Shown here piece after piece: positions 1 through 11,473 of a stretch of DNA of 64,000 bases. This DNA is from Octopus sinensis (taxonomy: Eukaryota), in the NCBI RefSeq assembly GCF_006345805.1, contig NC_042997.1:133300001-133364000 (forward strand). The letters run 5' to 3'. Both the position numbers and the translations under genes were made by a program. Under the pieces are notes generated by a model, which ran no database searches, was not told where the DNA came from, and saw nothing but the letters and a program-made list of their open reading frames with translations. Position 1 is the first letter of the stretch; each line of letters starts with the position of its first letter.

Positions 1-350
1 AAGAACAAGGAGTATAAGATACTGTGGGATATTACAATTCTATATGACTCCCTATATGTGTAAGGAGATTTGGATCACTAACAACCAAGTTCGAGAAATA
101 TGTCAGAGAAATTGGAATTGATATGACAGCAGAGCAAACCTCCAAAATCTGCTCTGCTGGGAACAGCTAAGATTTTGAGATTGGTACTTCGATATTGAAT
201 GTCTCTCATGATAATTAACAAGCAAGTATAAAGGCTTAGAATGTGAGGAAAGAGACCCTGTTAGACCTCTGACAACAGGCTGTTGTCCGCTCTCACAACA
301 ACAACCAGAACAAACAAGACCGAGAGTACTGAGAAGTAAAACATTGATAA
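1..350 (+). mobile_element. 3' end of R4/Dong-like (RLE) non-LTR retrotransposon, decayed
   Basis: Frameshifted translation gives KNKEYKILWDITI ... GSLTTKFEKYVREIGIDMTAEQ / LQKSALLGTAKILRLVLRY*, the typical C-terminus of RLE LINEs; then a 3' UTR ending in short TAA repeats. Confidence 0.8.
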
Positions 351-379
351 TAATACTCCTTTCTACCATAGCCACATAG

Positions 380-575
380 CATGAAATTTTAGGGGAGAGT
401 GCAAGTCGATTAAAACGACCCCGCCCCCAGCTCAACTGCTACTTATTTCATCGATCGCGAAAGGATGATAAGCAAAGTCGACCTCAGTAAAACTTGAACT
501 CAGAGCGTAAAGGCACACGAAATGCTTCTAAGCATTTTACCCGGTATTCTAACTATTCTGCCAACTCTGCGTCTT
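380..575 (-). mobile_element. SINE family B (tRNA-derived), tail type 2
   Basis: Reverse complement carries the B-box-like TTCTGAGTTCAAGT and a degenerate copy of the family-B core (consensus GACTTTGCCTTTCATCCTTTCGGGGTCGAT) shared with about 10 other copies in the window. Confidence 0.8.
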
Positions 576-731
576 TATATTAATGACCCAGCAGGTTGAG
601 TCGATTAGCTAGAAAGTCATGTGGACACACGTTCAGAAATTCGCATTTATGTATAAATGTATGTGTACATGTATGAGTGTATGTATACATATATGATTAT
701 GTGTGTTTATATATGTTTATGTGTATGTATG

Positions 732-772
<41 letters not shown>

Positions 773-1070
773 GTGTGCATGTATTTATGTGACCTTTCCA
801 GCCTATCTCTCATCTTAAACCATACCCATCAATCTAACTTATATTACATCTATTTAATTAGCTACAATCAATCAAGTAATCATTTATCATCTAAGTATCT
901 CCACAAATAAGCTTATAAGAGAACGTGAGCTGAGGGAGATAACTCAAATAGATCAATGGTATGAACTTTGATAAGAAATGTATTGCTCGATATACTGAAT
1001 GCCGCGTGTAAAGAATAGAGATAATTAATTGAAATTCACCTCTTAGTTATACAGAACGATAATCTAATCG

Positions 1071-1481
1071 TTGTAGTAAAGATTGTTTGCCAACATGACA
1101 TGGCAGTCCTGGTTTAGGACTAATGTTGCTGTAATTTAGCCTCAGGAGACATCGTCTCCAACTGGCTATAGTAATTTTCAAATTTATAAATCAGTGGCTA
1201 GTTGCCACTTTGAAAACTATATATTTCGAGCGGGAATTTGGCAGCGCCACCTCTAGCCGAACAATTATTCGGTGCTGATGAAGAGAAATAACCCAGAAAC
1301 CGCGATACACAGATATTGTTTTGAGCTGAGTGGGGGTGCTAGAATCCCTTGTTCGAAAATATAAGGACACAGATCGTGTCGTATAGCCAGCTGGAGACGA
1401 TGTCTCCTGGGGCTAAATTACAGCAACATTAGTCCTAAACCAGGACTGCCATGTTATGTTGGCAAACGATCATTACTACAA
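1071..1481. repeat. Inverted-repeat element: ~100-bp arms (1071-1170 / 1382-1481), ~210-bp spacer containing a hammerhead-like motif
   Basis: Arms align as reverse complements with about 5 differences (TTGTAGTAA..GTTTGCCAACAT..GGAGACATCGTCTCCA.CTGGCTATA). Confidence 0.9.
1272..1310 (+). ncRNA. Degenerate minimal type I hammerhead ribozyme motif
   Basis: GTG-CTGATGA-AGAGAAATAACCCA-GAAA-CCGCG-ATA-CAC: intact CUGAUGA and GAAA cores, stem I GTG/CAC; stem II weak and G16.2 replaced by A. Confidence 0.5.
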
Positions 1482-1629
1482 AGTACAGTTGCTGAATATC
1501 TCACGTTGTGAGATTTAAAAATAGTAGTTTTCAAGTCTAATCTTTGTTTGCAAGCTAGGAACAACTCTGGACATGTTTCAATTTGTTAGATCTCATTAGC
1601 ATTATACAGTCCAGTGCTCCGTAACCTAT

Positions 1630-1795
1630 TTTTACTTGCGGTACACATATTCTTTTCCAAATTCGGCGGCATAACTGAACTAAAAATATAACTAAAAGCA
1701 TAAGAGAAAAAATCATATTCAGGTTACACTGCAGCACACCTTGCATCGTCTCGTGGCACACCAGCGTACCGCGGTATACCAGTTGTGGAGCACTG
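1630..1795. mobile_element. hAT-like MITE terminus fragment
   Basis: GGCACACCAGCGTACCGCGGTATACCAGTTGTGGAGCACTG resembles Charlie-type hAT ends; the other end was not found. Confidence 0.4.
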
Positions 1796-2034
1796 GTATA
1801 GTCTAATCAGGTTTGCCTTCATATACCGAAAAAGTGTTACAAATACATGTTGATTAGTATAATTCACATAATTAAAAATCCAATCAATTCAAGATGGAAA
1901 TCAATGTCATGATTGAATAAGTGAATGCCGCACATCTTGATCCACTGAAATTGACACAAAGCTCCAATTAGGCGATATCGTGTAGTTAAGAATGTTCTGC
2001 GCACAACATTTAATACATCAGCCATTATTTTAAT

Positions 2035-2589
2035 TACTCTTTTACTTGTTTCAGTCATTTGACTGTGGCCATGCTGGAGCACCGCCATTAGTGGAGCAAA
2101 TCGACCCCAGGCCTTATTCTTTGTAAACCTAGTACTTATCCTATCAGTCGCTTTTGCCGAACCGCTAAGTTACGGGGACGTAAACACACCAGCATCGGTT
2201 GTCAAGCGATGTTGGGGGGACAAACACAAACACATAAATACAGACACACACACACGCGCGCGCACGCACATATGTACATATATATATATATATATATATA
2301 CAGTGGGGGCCAAAATGTTCAGAACATTAGAGTTCGCCGGTTAAATATACTAAAACACGGAGTAAAAGCAACCGTTCTGATCATTTTGGCCGCCATGGGT
2401 TTTGCAGTAAATCATTAAATCATCTATAACTTTTGTATTATCCTCTCAAATTAGACCAAACTCTCAGACAATAACAATTAATATTGTATTTATTGTCTGT
2501 GAAAATTATAGAATATAAAACAACTTTGATAAAAACTTATACTTACTTTTCTGACGAAAACAATGCCGTCCTGAACATTTTGGCCGCAA

Positions 2590-2630
<41 letters not shown>

Positions 2631-2793
2631 CGATGGGCTTCTTTCAGTTTCCGTCTACCAAATTCACTCACCAGGCTTTGGTCGGCCCGAGGCTATAGTA
2701 GAAGATACTTGCCTAAGGTGCCACGCAGTAAGAACGAACTCGGAACCATGTGGTTGGTAAGCAAGCTACTTACCACACAGCCACTCCTGTGCC
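2035..2793 (-). mobile_element. SINE family A, full length, interrupted by a MITE in its internal (TA)n
   Basis: Tail TTACTCTTTTACTTGTTTCAGTCATTTGAC at 2035, head ACTTACCACACAGCCACTCC at ~2770-2790; body colinear with other copies apart from 2301-2592. Confidence 0.95.
2301..2592. mobile_element. Tc1/mariner-type MITE with ~25-bp TIRs, TA target
   Basis: Left CAGTGGGGGCCAAAATGTTCAGAAC, right GTCCTGAACATTTTGGCCGCAACTG, TA on both sides; an extra internal TIR-like copy at 2374-2395. Confidence 0.85.
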
Positions 2794-2825
2794 TGTGTGT
2801 CTATGAAAGTATGTGTGTGTGTATC

Positions 2826-2856
<31 letters not shown>

Positions 2857-3149
2857 GTGTAGAAACCATTAGAAATCAGGAGGCGAGTATATTTTGACAG
2901 CTTTCAGTTTACGGCTGTTTCGCAGCCTTCTTCATGTGGTAGCAGTTTCAGCATTGAATAAATTTTGTTTACATGTTAACATTAATACGATAGTGTAACC
3001 ATGATGCTCTGGTGCTCTAATGAGCCAGCTTTTTTCATTTGCGCTGATCTGTGAATATACAATTGTACTGCAAAACACATAGCATGCATATTAATGCAAA
3101 CACGAAAACGTACATTAATCCACTCTGAAATTATTTCTACATGAAGATA

Positions 3150-3552
3150 CGTAGGTGTGGCTGTGTGGGAAGTAGCTTGTTTACCAACCACATGGTTCCG
3201 GGTTCAGTCCTACTGCATGACACCTTGGGCAACTGTCTTCTGCTATAGCTTCAAGCTGACCAAAGCCTTGTGGGTGGATTTGGTAGACGGAAACTGAAAG
3301 AAGCCCATCGTATATATGTATATGTATGCATATATGTTTGTGTGTCTGTGTTTGTCCACCCAACATCGCTTGACAACCAATGCTGGTGTGTTCACGTCCC
3401 CGTAACTTAGCGGTTCGGCAAAAGAGACCGATAGAATAAGTACTAGGCTTACGAAGAATAAGTCCTGGGATCGATTTGCTCCACTAAAAGCGGTGCTCCA
3501 GCATGGCCACCCACAGTCAAATGACTGAAACAAATAAAAGAGTAAAAGAGTA
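3150..3552 (+). mobile_element. SINE family A, full length
   Basis: A-box-like TGGCTGTGTGG, B-box-like GGTTCAGTCC, internal TA/TG microsatellite, tail AAATGACTGAAACAAATAAAAGAGTAAAAGAG. Confidence 0.95.
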
Positions 3553-3909
3553 TTAAAACATTCTTATTTAGAATCTAGTATTGTTGTTTTTGCTGTTGTT
3601 TATGGCTCAGTTCAACACTCATTGAACAGTTATAATCAAACGGTTCCTCACTATGATGATCTCATAATTTCCTCAATATTTCTATACCCTGAAAGAGATT
3701 ATCCAATAGGTTCTTTTCTTAAAGCAGATTATCCAATAGGTTCTTTTCTTAAAACAGGCATTTGTAGTTCTGACCAGCTAATTTCTAACAAATCCAGTGA
3801 TATTTGAAATTCATCCGGTTTGCACGAGATTTTAACTGGTTCAAACTGTTAGAAACGGGTTTGTTCCTATGTGTAGTGATTTCAACGAGTTATATATTTA
3901 CGTGTATGT

Positions 3910-4128
3910 GTTTCTTTATTACCCACAAGGAGCTAAACATAGAGGGGACAAACAAGGACAGACAAACGGATTAAGTCGATTTGCGAAACTGGTACTTAAT
4001 TTATCGACCCCGAAAGGATGAAAGGCAAAGACGATTTCGGCGGAAATTGAACTCAGAACGTAACGGCAGACGAAATACGGCTACGCATTTCGCCCAACGT
4101 GCTAACGGTTCTGCCAGCTCACCGCCTT
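3910..4128 (-). mobile_element. SINE family B, tail type 1, with 20-bp target-site duplication
   Basis: TSD TTATATATTTACGTGTATGT at 3890-3909 and 4129-4148; head AGGCGGTGAGCTGGCAGAACCGTTAGC on the minus strand. Confidence 0.95.
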
Positions 4129-5257
4129 TTATATATTTACGTGTATGTCTTACTAAAAGATTTTCTTCTTACAAGTTTCTCTTGAAAAACCAATATTTGC
4201 GAATCTCATAAGCTTAGGAATAAAAACTAGTAACATTTATAGCATAAATTAAAATGAATAAAGACATTCGCTCCATAGCAACATTTATAGATGACAAGCT
4301 TAGCTCATAACATCTCAGTGACGTTCATATTTGTATATAATAATATTTCCATAATTAACCAACAAGTGTTACATTACTAGAAATTGCAACTGTGTGTTGT
4401 TTCGTCGATATTCTGGAATGTCCTTTGAAGATATTATACCTTAATTATAGCAACGATCGCTTAAGATATCAATGATCTTTAATGTTTATTATTATCACTT
4501 AAAATAGAATGCTACATTTAAAGCGCTTTGATCTGCTTTGAACTGGTTTCAACTGGTTTTAACTGGTTTACACTGGTTTCAATAAGATTTACGAATGTTT
4601 CCAGTTTACACAATATCATTTAAGATTTCCACGTATTTCTTTTTAATTTTTTTTAAAACAAATTTATTTGAATTATTACAATATTACTTTCTTCATATCA
4701 AACCGTTGTATTTGGACATATTCAGAAGACTCCACTGTGGATACCAGCTTTGGTATGGTTTACCCCCGTTTTCTCCTCACCGTCTCATAGTTCATTGCTT
4801 CTTTCTAATCGAGTCCAGGAAATAAAAAGTTAGAAAAATTAAAAAAATATAATTGCAAGACAAGTTACAGTGTAAACACTCAAATATCTCCGATAAAACC
4901 TTTCATTTATGAGAAACTGAAAAAGAAAAAAAAGAAGAGAGAAAAGAACGCGATTATTTTCACATGCGTTAAGTACCATTATATAAATAGTGCTGTCAGT
5001 TAAAATGCGACTTAAAATATTGTTTGTTTAATTACTTTATGATATTTAAATGAAATGCGAATTTATTCTTTTTCTTTTTTTTTTCTTTGCCGTTGTTGAG
5101 TATTTTATACAAGACTTTTTCTTGTGATAATTTTTTTTGTTAGTTTTTTTTCTCTTTACCACAATTGTGTCGTTTATAAATAATGTTTTCTTCTTTTCTT
5201 GCGACATTTTCTCCAACTAGAACTCTGGTTTTTTAAACTAAATGTTTTTCTCTCTAT

Positions 5258-5470
5258 CTTTTACTTGTTTTAGTCTTGGAACTGAGCCATCCTGGGTATT
5301 ATCTTGAAAGCTTTTAGTCAAACAGATTGTACTTGTTTTTCGAGTCTGGTATTTATTTTATCATTCACTTTTTGACGAATCGCTAGGACGCGGAGACGTT
5401 AACAAACTAACATCGGTTGTTAATCCATGGGCAAACAAACACAGACGCAAACACACATACACGCACGTTG
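5258..5470 (-). mobile_element. Old, diverged SINE A 3' half
   Basis: Degenerate match to the family-A tail and 3' body. Confidence 0.6.
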
Positions 5471-5506
5471 TGTATGTATATATATATATATATATATATA
5501 GTTAAT

Positions 5507-5680
5507 CTAAACATGAACAAAGAGAAAAAACAACAACGTTATTAGACGCTCAGGAAAGGAAAGAAAGAAGGAGGATTTAACGTTTCGAGCGGAGCTCTTC
5601 GTTAGAAACATAGAAAAAGGAAAAGTCCTAGGAAGGGAAGACGGAGAAAGAAAATCGACAACGATACACACGCGGTCGTA
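5507..5680 (-). mobile_element. ~180-bp Penelope-like terminal repeat unit (copy 1) with minimal hammerhead motif
   Basis: Homologous to 22478-22665; minus strand reads TTT-CTAACGA-A-GAGC-TCC-GCTC-GAAA-CGTT-AAA at 5576-5608. Confidence 0.7.
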
Positions 5681-5687
5681 TATATAT

Positions 5688-5756
<69 letters not shown>

Positions 5757-6272
5757 TGTATGTATGTATGTATGTTCCGGCTGGTTCGATCCTCGGCTCA
5801 CATAGCAACGTAGAAATGGAAAAATACAAGAAAAACTTTTAAAATTCTCTAAAAACTTTTGATTGGAAATTGAAATAGAAGAAAAAAATCATAGAGTGGT
5901 AAAATTCCTAGACATAAAGCTGAAACAAGTAACAGATAACATAACATATAGCACTTTCTGTTTACCAAAACTTCTTGGTCAATCCGACTTTATCGCAAAA
6001 GACACATGCCAAAGGTGTTGCGCAGCAAGACTGAACCCGAAACCTCATGAGTACACATCCGGTTTCTTAACCACTCATCCACTTTCTTCTTGCGACTTTA
6101 TTCTCATTCATTCACTTATTTTCGTAAGCTATGCTGTTATTATTTAGTTGCGAGTCAGGCAACAGGCTTATGATCAAAAGCATTTAGGTGATAACTATCT
6201 CATCATTTATTCAGGCACAACGCTTCTAGTAGTACACTATCTACCGACTCTTTCCCTTTTTAAAAAGTTTGG

Positions 6273-6525
6273 GGATCTTTTCACTTTGACCGGCAGATTT
6301 TAAAATAATTTTTTGTAACTAAACACTTTTAGACGTCATTGATTGGTTGAAATTGCCGAAATACGAGAAATTTAACAACAAATAGCTTACAAACTACAGA
6401 ATTTTCAAAAGAACGCCAAGAGAAAGAGATGTCTTATGTGACACATTCTACCAGTATACGAAGTTTAAAAGTGTTTAGTTGCAAAAAATTATTTTTTAAA
6501 TCTGCCGGTCAAAGTGAAAAGATCC
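6273..6525. mobile_element. MITE with ~57-bp TIRs (GGATCTTTTC...GAAAAGATCC) and 8-bp TSD
   Basis: TIRs align; flanks AAGTTTGG / AAGTTAGG (1 mismatch); interior homologous to the right half of 41097-41530. Confidence 0.9.
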
Positions 6526-6550
6526 AAGTTAGGCATACTTAAAGTTGAAC

Positions 6551-7341
6551 ATGGTTGATATTTCTAGCAGACCATGCAGCGACATAGCGCTTCCCTTTTC
6601 TGTTGTCTTAACGAGTTCCTTCGTTGACGCGCATATCAAGCGGTTTGAAGGAATAACGAACAGCTGGAAAACAAAGTAAGGATACATTAAACGATGTAAT
6701 CCTAGATACACAGTAGACTGAAAAGTATATAGTGGCCAGCGATGGAACATCTTTGACCACTGGCAGATTTGTTTGATTTTTAATTACAGACAAAATTTTG
6801 AGGATCCTGTGACAGTTGCATGGTCTCAGGTCAACACACCAACCAACTCGATTCAATTCAAGCCGTTCAAATAACATATATTCCTTTATTTCATTAATTT
6901 TAAACCAGTATGATGTAATGTGAGGTAGATTTGACTGTTATTTCTAGCAGTTTAAATGACCGAATAATATTTTTCAAAACATGTCCAACTGTTAATCTTG
7001 TGATCTGCAAAGTGTATCTCGGTGCGCTGCGAAAAATAACAAAGTTACATTTAGAAAAATCTAATAGGAAAAAGAAAACTAAATTCTAAATATAAACTCA
7101 TAACATAATACAAAGTATAAGTGTAAACGTGCCAACAACGAAACTGTGAGTTTAAATTAAACACACGCGCGCAAAACACAAATCACACACATGCAAAAAA
7201 ACACTTATATATATATATATATAAATTTACATATTTATGTGTGTGTGTATAATATATGTACAAACATATATTATATATGTATATATTAGTATATATATAT
7301 ATTTGTATATATTTTGTTATATATATATATACACACATCTA

Positions 7342-7438
<97 letters not shown>

Positions 7439-7786
7439 CATATACAAAATACTAACATACACATAAAGAGGCTAAATTATATAAATACCATTTTGAGCAC
7501 ATTAATTTTAGTTTATGCTCAGGGTGCGCCAAAATATTTATATTTCATCCGAAGAGCGATGCGAGTAAAGAAAAGCTTGGAGAAAACATGGCGTGGGGTA
7601 TATGTCGATGCCTCATTCTCCGCTTCTATTATTAATAAGGTGGAACGTCGTATGTTTAATAAATATACGAAGTCATATGAAGGGATTAATATTCAATATA
7701 GTCTGAACAACTGTTTGCCAGAAATTCCGGATAAGCTCTGGAGCAAATATAGACTATTCACTGTATTCTTATTTTCTAAGAGATGA
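6551..7786 (+). other. Candidate spliced ORF (exons 6551-6675, 6790-6829, 7523-7786), product unknown
   Basis: AA|GTAAGG donor, TTTTTAATTACAG acceptor, weak CAG|GTCAAC donor and TTATGCTCAG acceptor all preserve one reading frame; no secure homology. Confidence 0.2.
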
Positions 7787-8312
7787 TACTAAAATTAATA
7801 ATGAAACAAACTGTTGGTAAATGCTTAATGCCATTCTCTTTGTGCTCATTTCTCTTTCGTTCTTTATCTTCCTTCCTCGCACTCTTTCTTTCTTCCTTTC
7901 TTTCTTTCAATCTTTCTTTTTTTCTTTCTTTCAATCTTTCTTTTTTTCTTTCTCTTTCTCTTTCTTTCTCTCCCTCTATCTCCGCCCTCCTCTTTAAATT
8001 TATCTTTCTTTATATCTCCATATCTGTGTGTCAGCGTGCATGTGACCTGTGCGTCCGCGTGTATACACACACAACACACACATATATATACACGCGGACG
8101 CACGCACACACACATACATATATATGTACACACACGGATACACACACACATACGCGCTCACACACATACGCGCTCACACACATAGATACGTGGTTATAAA
8201 GATAGATAGATTTATATGTGTATATATATATACATACATATATATATACTTGGTGAAATTATTGATTATTTCTAAATTAATTAATTTCACCCTTTATTAT
8301 TGATACACACAC

Positions 8313-8350
<38 letters not shown>

Positions 8351-8351
<1 letters not shown>

Positions 8352-8507
8352 GGAGTAGCTGTGTGGTAAGTAGCTTGCTAACCAACCACATGGTTCTGGG
8401 TTCTGTCCCACTGCGTGGCATCTTGGGCAAGTGTCTTCTGCTATAGGCCCGGGCCGACCAATGCCTTGTGAGTGGATTTGGTAGACGGAAACTGAAAGAA
8501 GCCTGTC

Positions 8508-8567
<60 letters not shown>

Positions 8568-8772
8568 TTTGTGTGTGTGTTTGTCCCCCTAGCATTGCTT
8601 GACAACCGATGCTGGTGTGTTTACGTCCCCGTCACCTAGCGGTTCGGCAAAAGAGACCGATAGAATAAGTACTGGGCTTACAAAGAATAAGTCCCGGAGT
8701 CGATTTGCTCGACTAAAAGGCGGTGCCAGCATGGCCGCAGTCAAATGACTGAAACAAAAAAGAAAAAAGAAA
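8351..8772 (+). mobile_element. SINE family A, full length
   Basis: Head AGGAGTAGCTGTGTGGTAAG, internal (TA)n(TG)n, tail CAGTCAAATGACTGAAAC. Confidence 0.95.
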
Positions 8773-8843
8773 GAAAAAAATATATATATTATAATATATA
8801 TATATATATATATTATATATAATATAATATGTATACAATTAGT

Positions 8844-8985
8844 GGAGGCGCGTGGCTTAGTGGTTAGGGTGTTGAACTCGTGATCGTAAGGTTGTGGTTT
8901 CGATTTCTGGACCGGGCGATGCGTTTGTGTTCTTGAGCAAAACACTTCACGCAGGCCCCAGTCCACTCAGCTGGTAAAAACGAGT
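8844..8985 (+). mobile_element. SINE family C (tRNA-like head), 3'-truncated
   Basis: GGAGGCGCGTGGCTTAGTGGTTAGGGTG (A box) and GGTTTCGATTTC (B box), then GTTCTTGAGCAAAACACTTCAC body; same head as 11313-11473. Confidence 0.75.
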
Positions 8986-8999
8986 AATCCTGCAACGTA

Positions 9000-10127
9000 A
9001 TCCTGTCTTTTGAATTTCAACGCCATAATATCTGGAAACCAGGACAAGTTGTGTTAGTGATGAAACAGTTGTTTCATCAATGAGTGAGAATTTTGATGAA
9101 TAAAGATTTTTTTTTTAATAAAGCGTTGAAGCCGTAGGGGCCAATGGCTTTAAGAAAGATGTATGTGTCTTTCGCTCGGGTACACTTTGCATCCTGGGCG
9201 ATTTTAGAATCAGGACAGGCGTTTGCAACTAGGCAAGGTAAGTGGTCCAAAATAGAAATTGGGAGATTATGCTCAGCAACAAATGCACAGTATTTAAATA
9301 CTTTCTTGGAATGTGAAGAAAACGATGAGGCCTCGAAACAATTGGTCAACATTTTCGTTTTATTTGCTTCATTTGCATTCTTGCGGTGTTTTTCTGTCTG
9401 CTCATGTAAAATTTGGCTCAAACTACCGGCAATTTCACACTTGCATAATATGCATTTGCCTTTAGCTATATCGCTCTTGCCTCGCTCCAACCAATTAGAA
9501 AATTTTTTCATCGCACAACAGTTTTTGCGGAAGTTTCCTTTCATACGATGCCCATCTAGCCTTCTTCTTATCTGGTGCTTCACGTTCAATATCTGAAGAG
9601 TGTTCTGTTTTCAAAGTTCTATCACTCATATCTTGCTCCAGTTATAGTTCTGTAAGATTTATTTCAATTAATCAAATTCTTGAACACATTACACACCGTT
9701 TAAAATCTGGGTTAAGAAATATTTCTTTGTGTTCAGACTAATACGGCGGGATTGTATAAATAAGCACTGTAAAAGTGAATCTAATTTATCAAACTTTAAA
9801 AAAAATCAATCACGTACCTTCAGTTTCTGAGAAAACTTCTTGCGTTATGACAGCTATAGCGTGGTAAACAGGACGTATATACGTTCACCCAACATTACGG
9901 ACGGCCTTGACCTCATTAGTCAACGTGTGCGTGCATGCAGACGCGTTTGCAAAAGCAGACCGGACGTACTTTTATTTTTATTAAGCTCACAAACACGCAT
10001 GTTTGAAAAATCAATCAATCAAATCGTAAAAACCTGAATTTTAAAAACAAGTAGCAAGATAACTAAAACGTACAGCAAATTTGCCTGAACGCACAGTTTT
10101 GTACGAACGTAGTCATTGGCTGCGCTG
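9000..10127 (-). mobile_element. hAT DNA transposon 5' portion with transposase N-terminal fragment (ORF 9077-9589)
   Basis: ORF has zinc-finger-like WL..AKGKCILCKCEI..H..TEKHRKN and the hAT motif FVAEHNLPISILDHL..PDSKIA..KCTRAK; degenerate TIR CAGCGCAGCCAA on the minus strand ending at 10127, with CGTAC-type subterminal repeats. Confidence 0.8.
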
Positions 10128-10173
10128 ATACATACACACACATAATACATACATACATACATACATACATACA

Positions 10174-10209
<36 letters not shown>

Positions 10210-10423
10210 TATATAAGTATATATATATATATAATATATTTATATTATATAATATATATATATATATATATGAATTATATTATCTTATTTTTATATATAT
10301 ATATATAAAGGTCGATAGATAAATAAATATACATATGTACATAAATATAAATATATAAATCTATCTTTCGATCGACAGATAGATAGATAGATAGAAAGAT
10401 AATGTTTGTATGTGTGTGTGTGT

Positions 10424-10476
<53 letters not shown>

Positions 10477-10480
10477 CATG

Positions 10481-10524
10481 ACAGTAACTTCGCAGTTTGG
10501 GCTTGCTTTCCCTCATCGGACTGC
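10481..10524 (-). ncRNA. Type I hammerhead ribozyme motif (U4C core, G12 missing) at the 3' end of a Penelope-like remnant (~10481-10870)
   Basis: Minus strand GCAGT-CCGATGA-GGG-AAAGCAAG-CCC-AAA-CT-GCGA-AG-TT-ACTGT; all three stems pair. The upstream frame FEMRKIMEKENSQIAKFPHQTEMN weakly resembles a GIY-YIG C-terminus. Confidence 0.65.
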
Positions 10525-10899
10525 TTTCTTGGTATTATATAGTATTTGGCAAGTTATTTTTTGTGTGCCGGGGGAGCTATGTGAATGATAATTAGGTATA
10601 GTATAGATAGACTGGAGAAATAGTTGTGTAGGGATGATTGAATGAAGAGGATAAGTGGAAGGATGTGCTTGTAGGGTATGGGTGGATAGAAAGTTGTGGT
10701 AAGGATATTCATTTCGGTTTGATGTGGAAATTTTGCTATTTGAGAGTTTTCCTTCTCCATAATTTTCCTCATTTCGAATTCGATAAAAGGTACCGGTTAA
10801 GTTTTGGAGCGATTCAGTCGACTAAGCATCCCATAATTTCGTATCCATGGCCCTGTGCTGGAAACAGTTAGTGTTATTTTCGCGTCGCTTCGTATTGAA

Positions 10900-11085
10900 A
10901 GCGGCGAGCAGGAATAATAGTTAGAATTCTTAAGGCTGAGTCCAAATACCGCTGAGTTTAAAAATTGCCTTTCATTCTTTCGGGATCGACAAAATAAGGT
11001 ATCATTCAAATACTGAGACTGATGTAATCAACTTGCCTTTTACACAAGAACTGCTGGCCTTGTGCCAAAATTAGAAAACAATTAT
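10900..11085 (+). mobile_element. Old SINE family B copy
   Basis: AAGCGGCGAGCAGG head and GCCTTTCATTCTTTCGGGATCGAC core. Confidence 0.65.
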
Positions 11086-11312
11086 TACTGTCGTATCGCC
11101 AATGATTGCTCCTTTCTATTTGCTTGGGCCCATTTAACAGCTTTAAAACAAACCAAGAGTGCTTGCATGGTCAGTCAATCTTTTCTAATGTAATTGTAAC
11201 AGAATGGTCTATTGCCTAAGCAACATATACCGATATTTAAAATTTTCCTTACTCTATACATGATTTTAATATTAGTGTTGCGTGGGTACTTTTAAATAAA
11301 ATAATAAATAAA

Positions 11313-11473
11313 TGCGCCCTTTTAAAGTCTAGCCAGGCTCATGGGCCCGGTTTCCCGCTTTCAATGGCGTATGTGTTCCCCAGCTGGACGGGATGTCAGT
11401 CCCGGTCCAGGAATCGAAACCACAATCTTACGATCATGATGTTGACACCCTAACCACTAAGCCACGCATCACC
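11313..11473 (-). mobile_element. SINE family C, internally deleted (head joined to 3' tail)
   Basis: Minus strand GGTGATGCGTGGCTTAGTGGTTAGGGTG..GGTTTCGATTCC joined directly to a tail ending GCCTGGCTAGACTTTAAAAGGGCGCATTT plus short repeats. Confidence 0.7.

Noticed and set aside
1241-1256. CTCF-like motif GCAGCGCCACCTCTAG in the IR spacer
   Set aside because: Only the AGGTGGCGC half matches; a single short hit is not evidence of binding.
3150-3230. tRNA genes suggested by A/B-box motifs
   Set aside because: The boxes belong to SINE heads; no cloverleaf could be built and each continues into a SINE body.
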